Shown here: positions 7,633-16,288 of the stretch, piece by piece
Position numbering within the stretch: position 1 is the first letter of the stretch
Layout of the letters: the number at the start of each line of letters is the position of its first letter
Virus record (IMG/VR): IMGVR_UViG_3300002180_000019
Location: 1 to 47,285 of that record
Source: a virus
Lineage: Duplodnaviria; Caudoviricetes
Length of the DNA stretch: 47,285 nucleotides
Reading direction: 5' to 3' (one strand)
Program-made: the position numbers and the translations under genes
The notes under the pieces: generated by a model
Database searches by the model: none
What the model was told of the DNA's origin: nothing
The model's input: the letters and a program-made list of their open reading frames with translations, nothing else

Positions 7633-7701
7633 GGGAGGAACATCACGCTATAGTCAATAATAGCCCAGTGGAAGTCTGGTTGAAGATAGTTCCTCCCTTT
7701 T
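7633..7701 (+). ncRNA. Predicted three-way-junction RNA structure followed by a U-tract
   Basis: GGGAGGAAC/GTTCCTCCC closing stem enclosing GCTAT/ATAGC and CCAG/CTGG hairpins, then TTTT. Confidence 0.5.
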
Positions 7702-7715
7702 AAAAAGGAGATATT

Positions 7716-8684
7716 ATGAGCCAAGATACTATAACACAAGATAATGAAAGTCTTATAGCTCTTGATAATACCAAAAGAAAAGATCTTGAACTTTGTGAAA
7801 GAAAATACTATCTAGGAAGGAAACGTCAATACGCTCCTATTAGAGGCTCTCACGCCTTACGATATGGAAGTACCTGGCACGCATTTCAAGAGGGTTATTA
7901 CAGCCATATAAAAGATTACGGTTGGACTAGAGATGGAGAAGCTGTTAAACAAGCAATTGAATTTGCTTCTAAAGAATGGAAGAAAAAAACTTCTCAACAA
8001 TCCTTTATCGAAGATGATTATAGAACCTTTGAAAATTGTGCGCAATCTTTTCTAGAGTATATTGTATTCTTCCAGTCAGATGAATCCATTCTAGAAGTTG
8101 TAGCTACAGAGCAAGTCTTTGAACTTGAAATGAAGTTATCCGATGATGAGAAAAGATTGTTTCCTGCTCTTGAAGGTATAACTATCCTGTTTACAGGAAA
8201 ATTAGATCTCCAGGCTAAGCTCAATGAGGCTCCCTGGATAATTGATTTTAAGTCTACAGGACAATCCTTAGGAACACAATCTACTAGGCTTAATCGAAGT
8301 GCTCAACTAATGGGGTATTCCTATGCAGGAGCTAGAACATTATCCTTTGAACCTTCCGGTACACTCGTTTCCTTACATCAGCTGTCTTCTCGTAAGAGCA
8401 AAGTCACAGGCAACTGGGGCAAGCTAACAATAGACTTTCAAAGAGTTCCTCAAATATTTACAGATAAAGATATACAATCCTGGAGGTTAAGCTACCTTAG
8501 TACATGTGAAAAGCTCATTAGAGCACAAGTAGCAAACTGCTGGCCAATGCAAAGCGATGTTTGTTTTCAATATGGCAGATGTATTTATGCTAACCTATGT
8601 GAACAAAACCTTTCCATAGAGCAACTTGAAGCTGCTGTTCCAGAAGGCTATATACATCTACCTTGGGATGTGAGGGCAGAATAA
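7716..8684 (+). CDS. PD-(D/E)XK exonuclease, Cas4/RecB-like with probable Fe-S cluster
   Basis: CERKYY, GSTWH, GKLDL, IIDFKS, QLMGY and C-terminal C-x5-C-x5-C. Confidence 0.85.
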   Translation: MSQDTITQDNESLIALDNTKRKDLELCERKYYLGRKRQYAPIRGSHALRYGSTWHAFQEGYYSHIKDYGWTRDGEAVKQAIEFASKEWKKKTSQQSFIEDDYRTFENCAQSFLEYIVFFQSDESILEVVATEQVFELEMKLSDDEKRLFPALEGITILFTGKLDLQAKLNEAPWIIDFKSTGQSLGTQSTRLNRSAQLMGYSYAGARTLSFEPSGTLVSLHQLSSRKSKVTGNWGKLTIDFQRVPQIFTDKDIQSWRLSYLSTCEKLIRAQVANCWPMQSDVCFQYGRCIYANLCEQNLSIEQLEAAVPEGYIHLPWDVRAE

Positions 8685-9064
8685 TGATATTAAAAGAAAC
8701 GTCAAAAATCGACACGGTTTCTGGTGTAATATACTTAGCTAGTCCTTACTATAGTAGCTCTGCTAAGGTTAGAGCTATTAGAGCAATAGAAGCTACAGCT
8801 GCTGTAGAGGAGCTTATAATAAGAGGTATCAATGTATTTTCTCCTATTGCATATCTACATCCAATAGCTCAAAAATATAATCTTGCTTTAGGATTTGAAT
8901 CATGGAAGCATTTTGATCTAACATTACTCAAGGCCTGCTCGCTACTTGCTGTTCTAATGCTCCCAGGTTGGAGAGATTCTGTTGGAGTTACAGCAGAAAT
9001 AAAAGAAGCAACCAGATTTAAAATCCCTATAGAATATATCTTTCATGAGGAGAACTTATCATGA
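8684..9064 (+). CDS. DUF1937 / nucleoside 2-deoxyribosyltransferase-like protein
   Basis: IYLASPY, VFSPI, D..LL..C, PGWRDSVGVTAEI; ATG 8684 overlaps the upstream TAA. Confidence 0.75.
   Translation: MILKETSKIDTVSGVIYLASPYYSSSAKVRAIRAIEATAAVEELIIRGINVFSPIAYLHPIAQKYNLALGFESWKHFDLTLLKACSLLAVLMLPGWRDSVGVTAEIKEATRFKIPIEYIFHEENLS
8695..8713 (+). repeat. Dispersed 19-bp motif, copy 3
   Basis: AGAAACGTCAAAAATCGAC, in the first codons of the gene. Confidence 0.85.
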
Positions 9065-9324
9065 GACTAAGAAAATATAAAAAGCCTACAGAAGCTCAAA
9101 AATGGGCACAAAAGAGATGGCAAAACTTAGGAGCATTATCTGCTATGAAGGCAGTAACAGACGGTCTTTTAAGAAGTGAAATACTTTATCATAATCTTAA
9201 TCTTACCCATGCAAAACTTTATATAGATGCAGCACTGAAAGACATCAAAAGAATTAATACTTATGATAAATATCTCAACTCTAGACCTGAAAAAAAGGAG
9301 GTGAAACAAAGTGCCAAATGCTAA
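9061..9324 (+). CDS. Hypothetical basic protein
   Basis: GAGGAG RBS; ATGA overlap. Confidence 0.7.
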   Translation: MRLRKYKKPTEAQKWAQKRWQNLGALSAMKAVTDGLLRSEILYHNLNLTHAKLYIDAALKDIKRINTYDKYLNSRPEKKEVKQSAKC

Positions 9325-10033
9325 AGATGTTTCAATAGATACAGAGTGTTTCAAGGTTATGCTAGTAGGAACTTATGGAACTGGGAAGAGTATGTTCGCA
9401 AGCTCATGTCCAACTCCAGGATTTGTTTTTGACTTCGATGATGGAATAGTTCTCTATCGAGGGTTTGACTTTGATTATGAGCAGTATGAAAAAACCTGGA
9501 GAGGATGGATTAAGTTTGAAAAAGATCTTATCCAAGTAAAGAAAGATGTTACAGAGGGTAAATATAATACTGTCATAGTTGATTCAACTTCAGTAATGAC
9601 TGATCTTGCTATGGAAAGGGCAATGCAACTTGATCCCAAGCGATCACCTACAGACGGCCCGATCTGGAATATTCATTACATGATGGTTCGTCATCTAATG
9701 GAAGGTAGACTTCGACAGCTTATAGACCTTTCTTGTAATGTTGTTTTTATCTGTCATACAAATATTATAAAGGATGAAGAGTCTGGAGCCATTATTGACA
9801 TCACACCTTTATTAACAGGTCAACTTGTCGAAAAGATACCTGGATATTTTGACGAAGTTTACTATGCCACAACCAGGAGAGTTAACAATAAGACTCAGTG
9901 GCTCTTACAAACTGTGCCAATAGGGCACAAAAAAGCTCGAAGTCGGCTTAGCGGAAAGGAGGGATTATTACCAGACTTCGTACCTAATGATTATAATAAG
10001 ATTATAAAACAACTTAACAAAAAAGGAAAATGA
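9311..10033 (+). CDS. Sak4-like (AAA_24) ssDNA-annealing ATPase
   Basis: Walker A GTYGTGKS, Walker B VIVDS, VVFICH, GYFDEV, KARSR; lies between an exonuclease and an SSB-like gene. Confidence 0.8.
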   Translation: MPNAKDVSIDTECFKVMLVGTYGTGKSMFASSCPTPGFVFDFDDGIVLYRGFDFDYEQYEKTWRGWIKFEKDLIQVKKDVTEGKYNTVIVDSTSVMTDLAMERAMQLDPKRSPTDGPIWNIHYMMVRHLMEGRLRQLIDLSCNVVFICHTNIIKDEESGAIIDITPLLTGQLVEKIPGYFDEVYYATTRRVNNKTQWLLQTVPIGHKKARSRLSGKEGLLPDFVPNDYNKIIKQLNKKGK

Positions 10034-10047
10034 AAGGAGAACAAAAA

Positions 10048-10605
10048 ATGAAAAAGAAACTAGGCTCAACTGTTCCAATAGATGTTGAAAATACTGTAGA
10101 AGAAGCTGCAGTAGAAAACACAGATCCAGATGAGCAATACGGAGCGGATCTTGTTATAGGAGCAGATTTTGATTTGAAAACTGAATTTAAACCCTCCCCC
10201 TTAATCCCTAAAGGAACCTACCATGGGGGCTCAACCAGGGTTACAGCAAATTCTGAAGATCAATCTATTGACTGGACATTTACTCTTCGGGATAATGGAG
10301 GGGTAATGTCAGATGGAGAGACTCCTATTGACGGACAATCTCTTACTTATAGAAACTGGCTTCCAAAACCAGGCGATGAAGAATTAACAACCAAAGATGG
10401 AAGAATGTCTAAACGGCAGGCCAAGATAAATATGATGGCTCAGTTTGCTGAAGCTCTTAACATTGACATGAGTACTCCAGTAACCATTATGTCAGCTATA
10501 GCTAACCAAGAATGGCTAGGAATGGATGTCGATCTTAAGGTTCGGCTTAGAGAATTTCAAGGTAGAGTATTCAATGATATTGAAAGAGTTATAGGACTAA
10601 AGTAA
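10048..10605 (+). CDS. Putative ssDNA-binding protein (DUF669-like)
   Basis: PLIPKGTY start and EFQGRVFNDI end; usual position after Sak4; RBS supports ATG 10048. Confidence 0.55.
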   Translation: MKKKLGSTVPIDVENTVEEAAVENTDPDEQYGADLVIGADFDLKTEFKPSPLIPKGTYHGGSTRVTANSEDQSIDWTFTLRDNGGVMSDGETPIDGQSLTYRNWLPKPGDEELTTKDGRMSKRQAKINMMAQFAEALNIDMSTPVTIMSAIANQEWLGMDVDLKVRLREFQGRVFNDIERVIGLK

Positions 10606-10619
10606 ATTAACTGTTTTAT

Positions 10620-10670
10620 TGCATAGCAGATAGACTTTAGATACAGTCTGTCTGCTATGCACTTTTTCTT
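10620..10670 (+). terminator. Intrinsic terminator
   Basis: 17-bp stem TGCATAGCAGATAGACT/AGTCTGTCTGCTATGCA (one G-U), then CTTTTTCTT. Confidence 0.8.
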
Positions 10671-10681
10671 GTGGAGAAATA

Positions 10682-10891
10682 ATGAAGCTAAAAAAATTCT
10701 ATCCTGATTTTATAGGTTTTAACTCTATTGAACAGGAGCAATTCATTTCTGAGTACAGATTAAAAAGAGCTAAAGACTTTGAAAATCGAAAGAAGCCTTC
10801 AGCAGCGCCTCAGTTTTCTTCTGAAGAAAAAGCACTAATGAAGAAATTAGGATTAAGTGTAAAAACTGCAAAAATATTAGGAGGGCTTTAA
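10682..10891 (+). CDS. Hypothetical basic protein
   Basis: GGAG RBS. Confidence 0.7.
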   Translation: MKLKKFYPDFIGFNSIEQEQFISEYRLKRAKDFENRKKPSAAPQFSSEEKALMKKLGLSVKTAKILGGL

Positions 10892-10892
10892 A

Positions 10893-11141
10893 ATGAGTAT
10901 TAATGATAATGGAAATCATCCAGTTGTTCCTTTTCCAGACAAAAAGATAAATGTCAACTTGGATGACTGTGAAAATGTAAAGTGTGAAGATTGTGAAAGT
11001 GATGAATTTGAGATAGTTTGGATTTTAAAAAAGATTTCTGCTGTTTTATCAACCACTGGAAAACCAGAGCTTTTAACACTTGAGTATTTTAAATGTAAGT
11101 TTTGTGGAAAGAGGTTAAATATTATAAGGAGAAACAGATGA
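10893..11141 (+). CDS. Zn-ribbon protein
   Basis: CEDC...CKFCG; GGAGG RBS. Confidence 0.75.
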   Translation: MSINDNGNHPVVPFPDKKINVNLDDCENVKCEDCESDEFEIVWILKKISAVLSTTGKPELLTLEYFKCKFCGKRLNIIRRNR

Positions 11142-12451
11142 GTACGACTGAACATTCCGTATTTGAACTTGATCCAGGAGAGGTTAAAGTCAAAGACGGC
11201 CTCCCTCGCTATAGAAAAACTCTATCAAGTTTAACAGAGCTTCTCGAATCCTTTAAGAAGTTTGGGCAGCTTCAGCCAATAGTATTAAATCGTAATAAGG
11301 AACTTATAGCAGGTGGGCGAAGGCTGGGTGCTTGTATTTTAGGACAGAGAAAGGCTCTATGCATATATACAGATATGCTTGAGCCTATTAAAATGAGAGA
11401 GGCTGAAATTGAAGAGAATTTACAAAGAGAAGATTTGTCACCGGCAGATGAACTACTCGCTATAGCTGACTTGCACAAGCTTAAGCAAGAGCTATATGGA
11501 AAGGCTGAAAGTGGGAAAAAAGGGGGACATACTCTTGATAATACAGCTGCCTTAGTAGGAAAAACTAGAGGCGCAATTATAGATGATCTTCAACTTGCTA
11601 CAGCTGTAAAAGCTTTTCCAGAACTTAAAGATTGCAAGACAAAATCAGATATCCGTAAGGCAGTTAAGGCTGCTAATAAAGTAGTTGCTCATGCTGAAGC
11701 CGTTGAAGAATATGAGAGCCAGAAGGATGAAATAGGAGAGAATCCTACTCTACTGCTAAAAGATGCAAGAGATCATATGCCTACTGTACCAGATAAGTCT
11801 GTTGATATACTTGCAACTGATCCACCTTTTGGAATTGATATAGATAAAGTATTAATGGGAATGTCTGGTAAAACAGGCGGAAGATCTACTGCAGGGTTTA
11901 AGTTTGACGATGATATAGAAGAAGCTCTAGCATTATATAAAATTCTTGCAGAACAATCATACAGGTTTTGTACTGATAAAGCTCATGCTTATATCTTTGC
12001 AGCACCAGAGTTTTTTGATATAATCAGAAATATGTTTGTTGAAGCAGGATGGCTTTGCTCTATAAAGCCTATAATTTGGATTAAGGGATCATCAGGCCAG
12101 TGCCAAATGCCTTCTTATTGGCCATCATCCTGCTATGATATGATTTTATACTGTAGAAAGAGTGAGTCAAGATTGATTCTTGAGGGTAGACCAGATTGGA
12201 TTCAGTTTCCTCCTGTTCATTCTTCAGTTCGAATCCATCCTACAGAAAAACCTGTCCCTCTTTTTAAGGAGTTAATTTCCAGATGTGTTTATCCAAGTTC
12301 TATCCTATATGATCCTTTCATGGGAAGTGGTTCATCTATAGAAGCAGGACTTGATTTACATCTATTCTGCACCGGCTGTGATAACTTAGCGCCAGCATAT
12401 AATGCTGCTATTGCCAGGATATTAAAATGGAATAAGAAAAAGGAGAAATAA
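11138..12451 (+). CDS. ParB/Srx-like domain fused to a beta-class N6A/N4C DNA methyltransferase
   Basis: GQLQPIVL..LIAGGRRL..EENLQREDLS plus HTH; then TDPPFG, HPTEKPVPL, DPFMGSGSS; RBS supports ATG 11138. Confidence 0.88.
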   Translation: MSTTEHSVFELDPGEVKVKDGLPRYRKTLSSLTELLESFKKFGQLQPIVLNRNKELIAGGRRLGACILGQRKALCIYTDMLEPIKMREAEIEENLQREDLSPADELLAIADLHKLKQELYGKAESGKKGGHTLDNTAALVGKTRGAIIDDLQLATAVKAFPELKDCKTKSDIRKAVKAANKVVAHAEAVEEYESQKDEIGENPTLLLKDARDHMPTVPDKSVDILATDPPFGIDIDKVLMGMSGKTGGRSTAGFKFDDDIEEALALYKILAEQSYRFCTDKAHAYIFAAPEFFDIIRNMFVEAGWLCSIKPIIWIKGSSGQCQMPSYWPSSCYDMILYCRKSESRLILEGRPDWIQFPPVHSSVRIHPTEKPVPLFKELISRCVYPSSILYDPFMGSGSSIEAGLDLHLFCTGCDNLAPAYNAAIARILKWNKKKEK

Positions 12452-12452
12452 A

Positions 12453-14816
12453 ATTTTTGTAAAAACTGTTGGGCCGATAGATGCTAAGATGATGCTTGTA
12501 GGAGAAGCTCCTGGGAAAGAAGAGGATCAAACAGGATTACCTTTCAAAGGTCATGCTGGAGCTACACTAGACCGCTTGCTTGTCCAATCAAAAATATCTC
12601 GGCAAGAGTGTCTAATAGCCAACGTAGCTAGAGAAAAGCCCCCAGGGAATAATATATCTTATTACTTTAAAGACAAAAAATGCACTATTCCAAGACCTAA
12701 TTTAATTGAATGGATTGAGCTGCTCAAAAGAGAACTTCAAATGTATAAGCCTAACATTGTTGTAGCTTTAGGTGCTACAGCACTATGGGCTTTGACAGGC
12801 TTTAAAGGAATAAAAACATATCGAGGAGCTGTTATTGAATCAAGTCTAGTTCCTGGACAGAAAGTTCTTCCAACTTACCATCCACAAGCTGTAAGCTACG
12901 AGCCCTCACTTGCATTTACTACTATAATGGATTTACGAAAGGCACTATATCATCAAGGATTTGCTTACTTTCCAAAGGATAATAGAATCCTTGTAGACAA
13001 GCCAAGTAAAGAAACATGGATAGACTTTTGTAAATTACTTCTTGAAGATTTAGGCGATCCTATTGGAGTGGACATCGAAACAGCTAGAGGCGCACCTGGC
13101 TGCCATATTACCAGACTTGCTATTGCTGCTTCCAATGAGACAGGAATATCTCTTCCTATATTATCAGGAGACGCTCCTGCTTTTCCAGAGAGGGATGAGC
13201 TTGAACTTTGGAGATGGACAGGAAAAGTTCTCACAGAAAAACCTCTTGTATTTCATAATGCCTCTTTTGATGCAAGTGTTCTTTGGATGAATCACGGGAT
13301 TTTTTGCTTTAATAATATTTATATGGACACAATAATAGCTGCGCATTGCTGCTGGCCAGAGCTAGAATCTAATCTAGGTTATCTGGCCAGTATACTTCTT
13401 GACGTTCCTGCCTGGAAGCACGACAAAAGTTATCATGGCTTATATAATGCAGCTGATGCTGTTAACACACTAGCTCTTGTTCTTCCGCTTAAACAATACA
13501 TGAGGACACTGGATGTCGAAGACATAGTTGATAGAGTAACTGCTGAAATAGAGCCTGCTTCTATTCTTCAGCTTCAAGGATTATCTGTAGATATGGAGCT
13601 AAAAGATAAATTAGTTACACAAGGAAAATTGAATCTGGAGCAACTAGAACAAAAGCTTTATAAAACTATTGGAAGAGAAATCAATTATAATAGTCCTGAC
13701 CAAATAAAAAATTTACTGTATATTGAACTCGATCTTCCCCCGCAATTCAAGCGTCGAAAGAGTATCCATGAGGAGAGGAAACTAACAACTGATGAAGATG
13801 CTCTTAACAAGCTTGACCGCATAACAAATAATCCAGCACTAAAGTTAATCCTACAGTGCAGAAAACAAGCAAAAAGTCTTTCTAACTTCCTAGATATTAA
13901 GACATCTCCTAAAAACAAAGTCCATACTTCCTATAATATAACAGGAGCAGCCACAGGAAGATGGTCATCTAGCCAATCTATCATCCATCCATTTGGGCCA
14001 GGGAACCTTCAAAATATTCCAGAAGCTTCTCGTAGTTTATATGTTGCTAAAGAAGGTTATTCCATTGTAAGAGGAGATTATGTTCAAGCAGAAGCTGTTG
14101 TTACTGTTTTTCTATGTCTTGATACAGTTCTTATGAAAATGTTTAGAGAGTCTTTTGGAATGTCGCCTAGTCAACGAAAGAAATCTCATGATATACATAA
14201 ATATACAGCTAGTATAATGTACGAAATACCTATGGAAGCTGTTGCAGCTACGCAGAGAAGGGTAGGCAAAACAATTAGACATGCCTTAAACTATTCAGCA
14301 GGCCCGAAAGTTCTTGCCGCAGAGCTTAGTATTTCTGCAGCCCAAGCTAAGAAGCTTATCAAACTTTTCTTCAGTAAAAATCATCTTTTAACAGCCTGGC
14401 ATATGAGGATACAGAGACAACTTCAGCAAGATAAAACTTTGATAACACCTATGAAAAGAAAAAGAAGATTCTTATCAAGATGGGGAGATGATCTGTTCAG
14501 AAGTGCTTATGCATATATTCCCCAGTCAACTATAGGAGACTTACTCAACTTTGCGCTTGCGGAATTTTATTTCAAGTATGGAGATAAATACAGTTTATAC
14601 TGTCAACTTCATGATGCTCTTTATATTGAAGTAGAAGATTCCTTAATTGATCAAGCAATTCGAGACATGAGAAAGGTTATGCTTAAAGAAATTGTTATTG
14701 GTCAAGAACCTGTTACAATAGATGTAGACTTTGCAGTTGGAAAGAGTTGGGGAGAAATGAAAGAACTTGATATAGATTGGAGAAATGAAAATGAAACAAT
14801 TAAAGGTATAAAATGA
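12453..14816 (+). CDS. polA: Family A DNA polymerase with N-terminal family-4 uracil-DNA glycosylase domain and 3'-5' exonuclease
   Basis: UDG: VGEAPGKEE, PFKG, TYHP. Exo: DIET, HNASFD, YNAAD. Pol: TGRWSS, NLQN, DYVQAE, RxxxKxxxHxxxY, QLHD. Start placed at ATT 12453 (track start 12489). Confidence 0.92.
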   Translation: MFVKTVGPIDAKMMLVGEAPGKEEDQTGLPFKGHAGATLDRLLVQSKISRQECLIANVAREKPPGNNISYYFKDKKCTIPRPNLIEWIELLKRELQMYKPNIVVALGATALWALTGFKGIKTYRGAVIESSLVPGQKVLPTYHPQAVSYEPSLAFTTIMDLRKALYHQGFAYFPKDNRILVDKPSKETWIDFCKLLLEDLGDPIGVDIETARGAPGCHITRLAIAASNETGISLPILSGDAPAFPERDELELWRWTGKVLTEKPLVFHNASFDASVLWMNHGIFCFNNIYMDTIIAAHCCWPELESNLGYLASILLDVPAWKHDKSYHGLYNAADAVNTLALVLPLKQYMRTLDVEDIVDRVTAEIEPASILQLQGLSVDMELKDKLVTQGKLNLEQLEQKLYKTIGREINYNSPDQIKNLLYIELDLPPQFKRRKSIHEERKLTTDEDALNKLDRITNNPALKLILQCRKQAKSLSNFLDIKTSPKNKVHTSYNITGAATGRWSSSQSIIHPFGPGNLQNIPEASRSLYVAKEGYSIVRGDYVQAEAVVTVFLCLDTVLMKMFRESFGMSPSQRKKSHDIHKYTASIMYEIPMEAVAATQRRVGKTIRHALNYSAGPKVLAAELSISAAQAKKLIKLFFSKNHLLTAWHMRIQRQLQQDKTLITPMKRKRRFLSRWGDDLFRSAYAYIPQSTIGDLLNFALAEFYFKYGDKYSLYCQLHDALYIEVEDSLIDQAIRDMRKVMLKEIVIGQEPVTIDVDFAVGKSWGEMKELDIDWRNENETIKGIK

Positions 14817-16018
14817 GAGAATTAAATGACTGGCTTGATTCGTATATGCTATATATGGAGAATACTGAGTCAGCAAAGATATATCATAAATGGACATCTA
14901 TCTCTGTTATAGCTGCTGTTCTAAGAAAGAAGGTTCGGCTCTCGCTTGGCAGGATAAGAATATATCCTAATTTATATATTGTCCTTGTTGGGCCTCCAGG
15001 TGGGCCTCGCAAATCACAAGCAATTACTTTTGCTACAGAGTTCTTAGCCAATATACCAGATATCACCTACAGCGCTGATGCTACTACTCCTCAAGCTTTA
15101 GTACAAGATTTAGAGGGTAGTGCTGTGGATGAGCAAATGGCTGATGGATCAACATTTCGACATGCTTCTCTGACTATCATAAGCAAAGAGTTTGAAAGTT
15201 TTCTTGGGGCAAAAACAGAAAATACAAGAATGATAACATACTTAACTGATCTATATGATGCTCAAGAAGTACCCTGGAAATATAGAACAAAACACAGTGG
15301 CTCTAATATAATTCCATCAGTATTTTTAAATATGCAAGCTGCTACTACACCAGACAGCATTGCTAATACATTACCTACTACTGCTGTAGGGATGGGGCTG
15401 ACTTCCAGGATAACATATCTTTGGGCAACTGATAAATATAAACCTATAACCGCTCCAGTAGAGACACCAGAGGATATAGACCTAAGAGAAAAGTTAGCTA
15501 AGGATTTATATGTAATTAGCAGACTAGTAGGAGAGTATAAGTATGATAAAAAATGCTTTGTAGAATGGGATAAGTGGTATCAATCATATAGGGCTTTGTC
15601 TCCTAATCGAATCTGTCAAGACCCCACATTCGATGCTTGGTATCAAAGGAAGCCAAACACGGCACAAAAAATCTCCATAGTTTGCGCAGCAAGTAGATCT
15701 AATGAGTTTATAATTAAAACACAAGACATGGAAAGATCACTGTCACTTCTTGAGGAGGCTGAGGCCCAGATGGAGCATGTCTTCAGAGCTGTTGGACGAA
15801 GTACTATTGCAGTAGATGTAGCTCTCGTAGTAAATATTGTCAAAGCTAAAAAGTGGATTACAGAAAAACAACTTCTGTCTCTTGTCTGGCGAGATATTGA
15901 TTCTGGCAAATTTGATAATGTTATAGCTACAGCTACTAAAAGAGGATTAGTCAAGCGACTATATGTTGGCCCTAATGGGGAGAAAGGAGATATATGGTAT
16001 TATTATACTGGAAGATAG
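14813..16018 (+). CDS. P-loop helicase-like protein (DUF3987-like)
   Basis: NLYIVLVGPPGGPRKS Walker A variant, SKEFESFL, LTDLYD, GLTSR; directly follows the polymerase. Confidence 0.7.
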   Translation: MRELNDWLDSYMLYMENTESAKIYHKWTSISVIAAVLRKKVRLSLGRIRIYPNLYIVLVGPPGGPRKSQAITFATEFLANIPDITYSADATTPQALVQDLEGSAVDEQMADGSTFRHASLTIISKEFESFLGAKTENTRMITYLTDLYDAQEVPWKYRTKHSGSNIIPSVFLNMQAATTPDSIANTLPTTAVGMGLTSRITYLWATDKYKPITAPVETPEDIDLREKLAKDLYVISRLVGEYKYDKKCFVEWDKWYQSYRALSPNRICQDPTFDAWYQRKPNTAQKISIVCAASRSNEFIIKTQDMERSLSLLEEAEAQMEHVFRAVGRSTIAVDVALVVNIVKAKKWITEKQLLSLVWRDIDSGKFDNVIATATKRGLVKRLYVGPNGEKGDIWYYYTGR

Positions 16019-16027
16019 AGTATTCAA

Positions 16028-16046
16028 AGAAATGTCAAATTTTAAC
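16028..16046 (+). repeat. Dispersed 19-bp motif, copy 4
   Basis: AGAAATGTCAAATTTTAAC, intergenic before an RBS. Confidence 0.75.
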
Positions 16047-16063
16047 GTAGAAAGGAGAATAAA

Positions 16064-16288
16064 ATGCAATATGATATTATAATAAAGAGTTCAATAGCAG
16101 ACCTTGAGGATGCAGTAAGAGGGGCTTTAGCAGAAGGTAAAGTTTTAGCTGGCGGAGTCTCGTCTTGGACAGATGATAGTAAAATGTATTCAGTACGCTG
16201 GTTTATGCAAGCTGTAGCTGGTGAGGTAAATATAGATATAACAGATGATGAGCATATAGAAATTCGTGAGCCGGATTCTGATGCGTAA
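16064..16288 (+). CDS. DUF1737-like small protein
   Basis: Y.II....LE..V...L.EG..L.GGVS...F.QAV pattern; AAAGGAG RBS. Confidence 0.6.
   Translation: MQYDIIIKSSIADLEDAVRGALAEGKVLAGGVSSWTDDSKMYSVRWFMQAVAGEVNIDITDDEHIEIREPDSDA

Noticed and set aside
7633-7701. tRNA-Phe gene (loop contains GAA)
   Set aside because: Only about 65 nt, with no T arm (TTCG), no U33 and no CCA; kept only as a generic structured element.
7716-8684. CRISPR-associated cas4
   Set aside because: No cas1/cas2 or array; the context (Sak4-like, SSB-like) indicates a phage recombination exonuclease.
11138-11600. Plasmid-type parABS partition system
   Set aside because: No ParA/SopA ATPase and no canonical parS (GTTTCACGTGAAAC) was seen; the ParB domain is fused to a methyltransferase.
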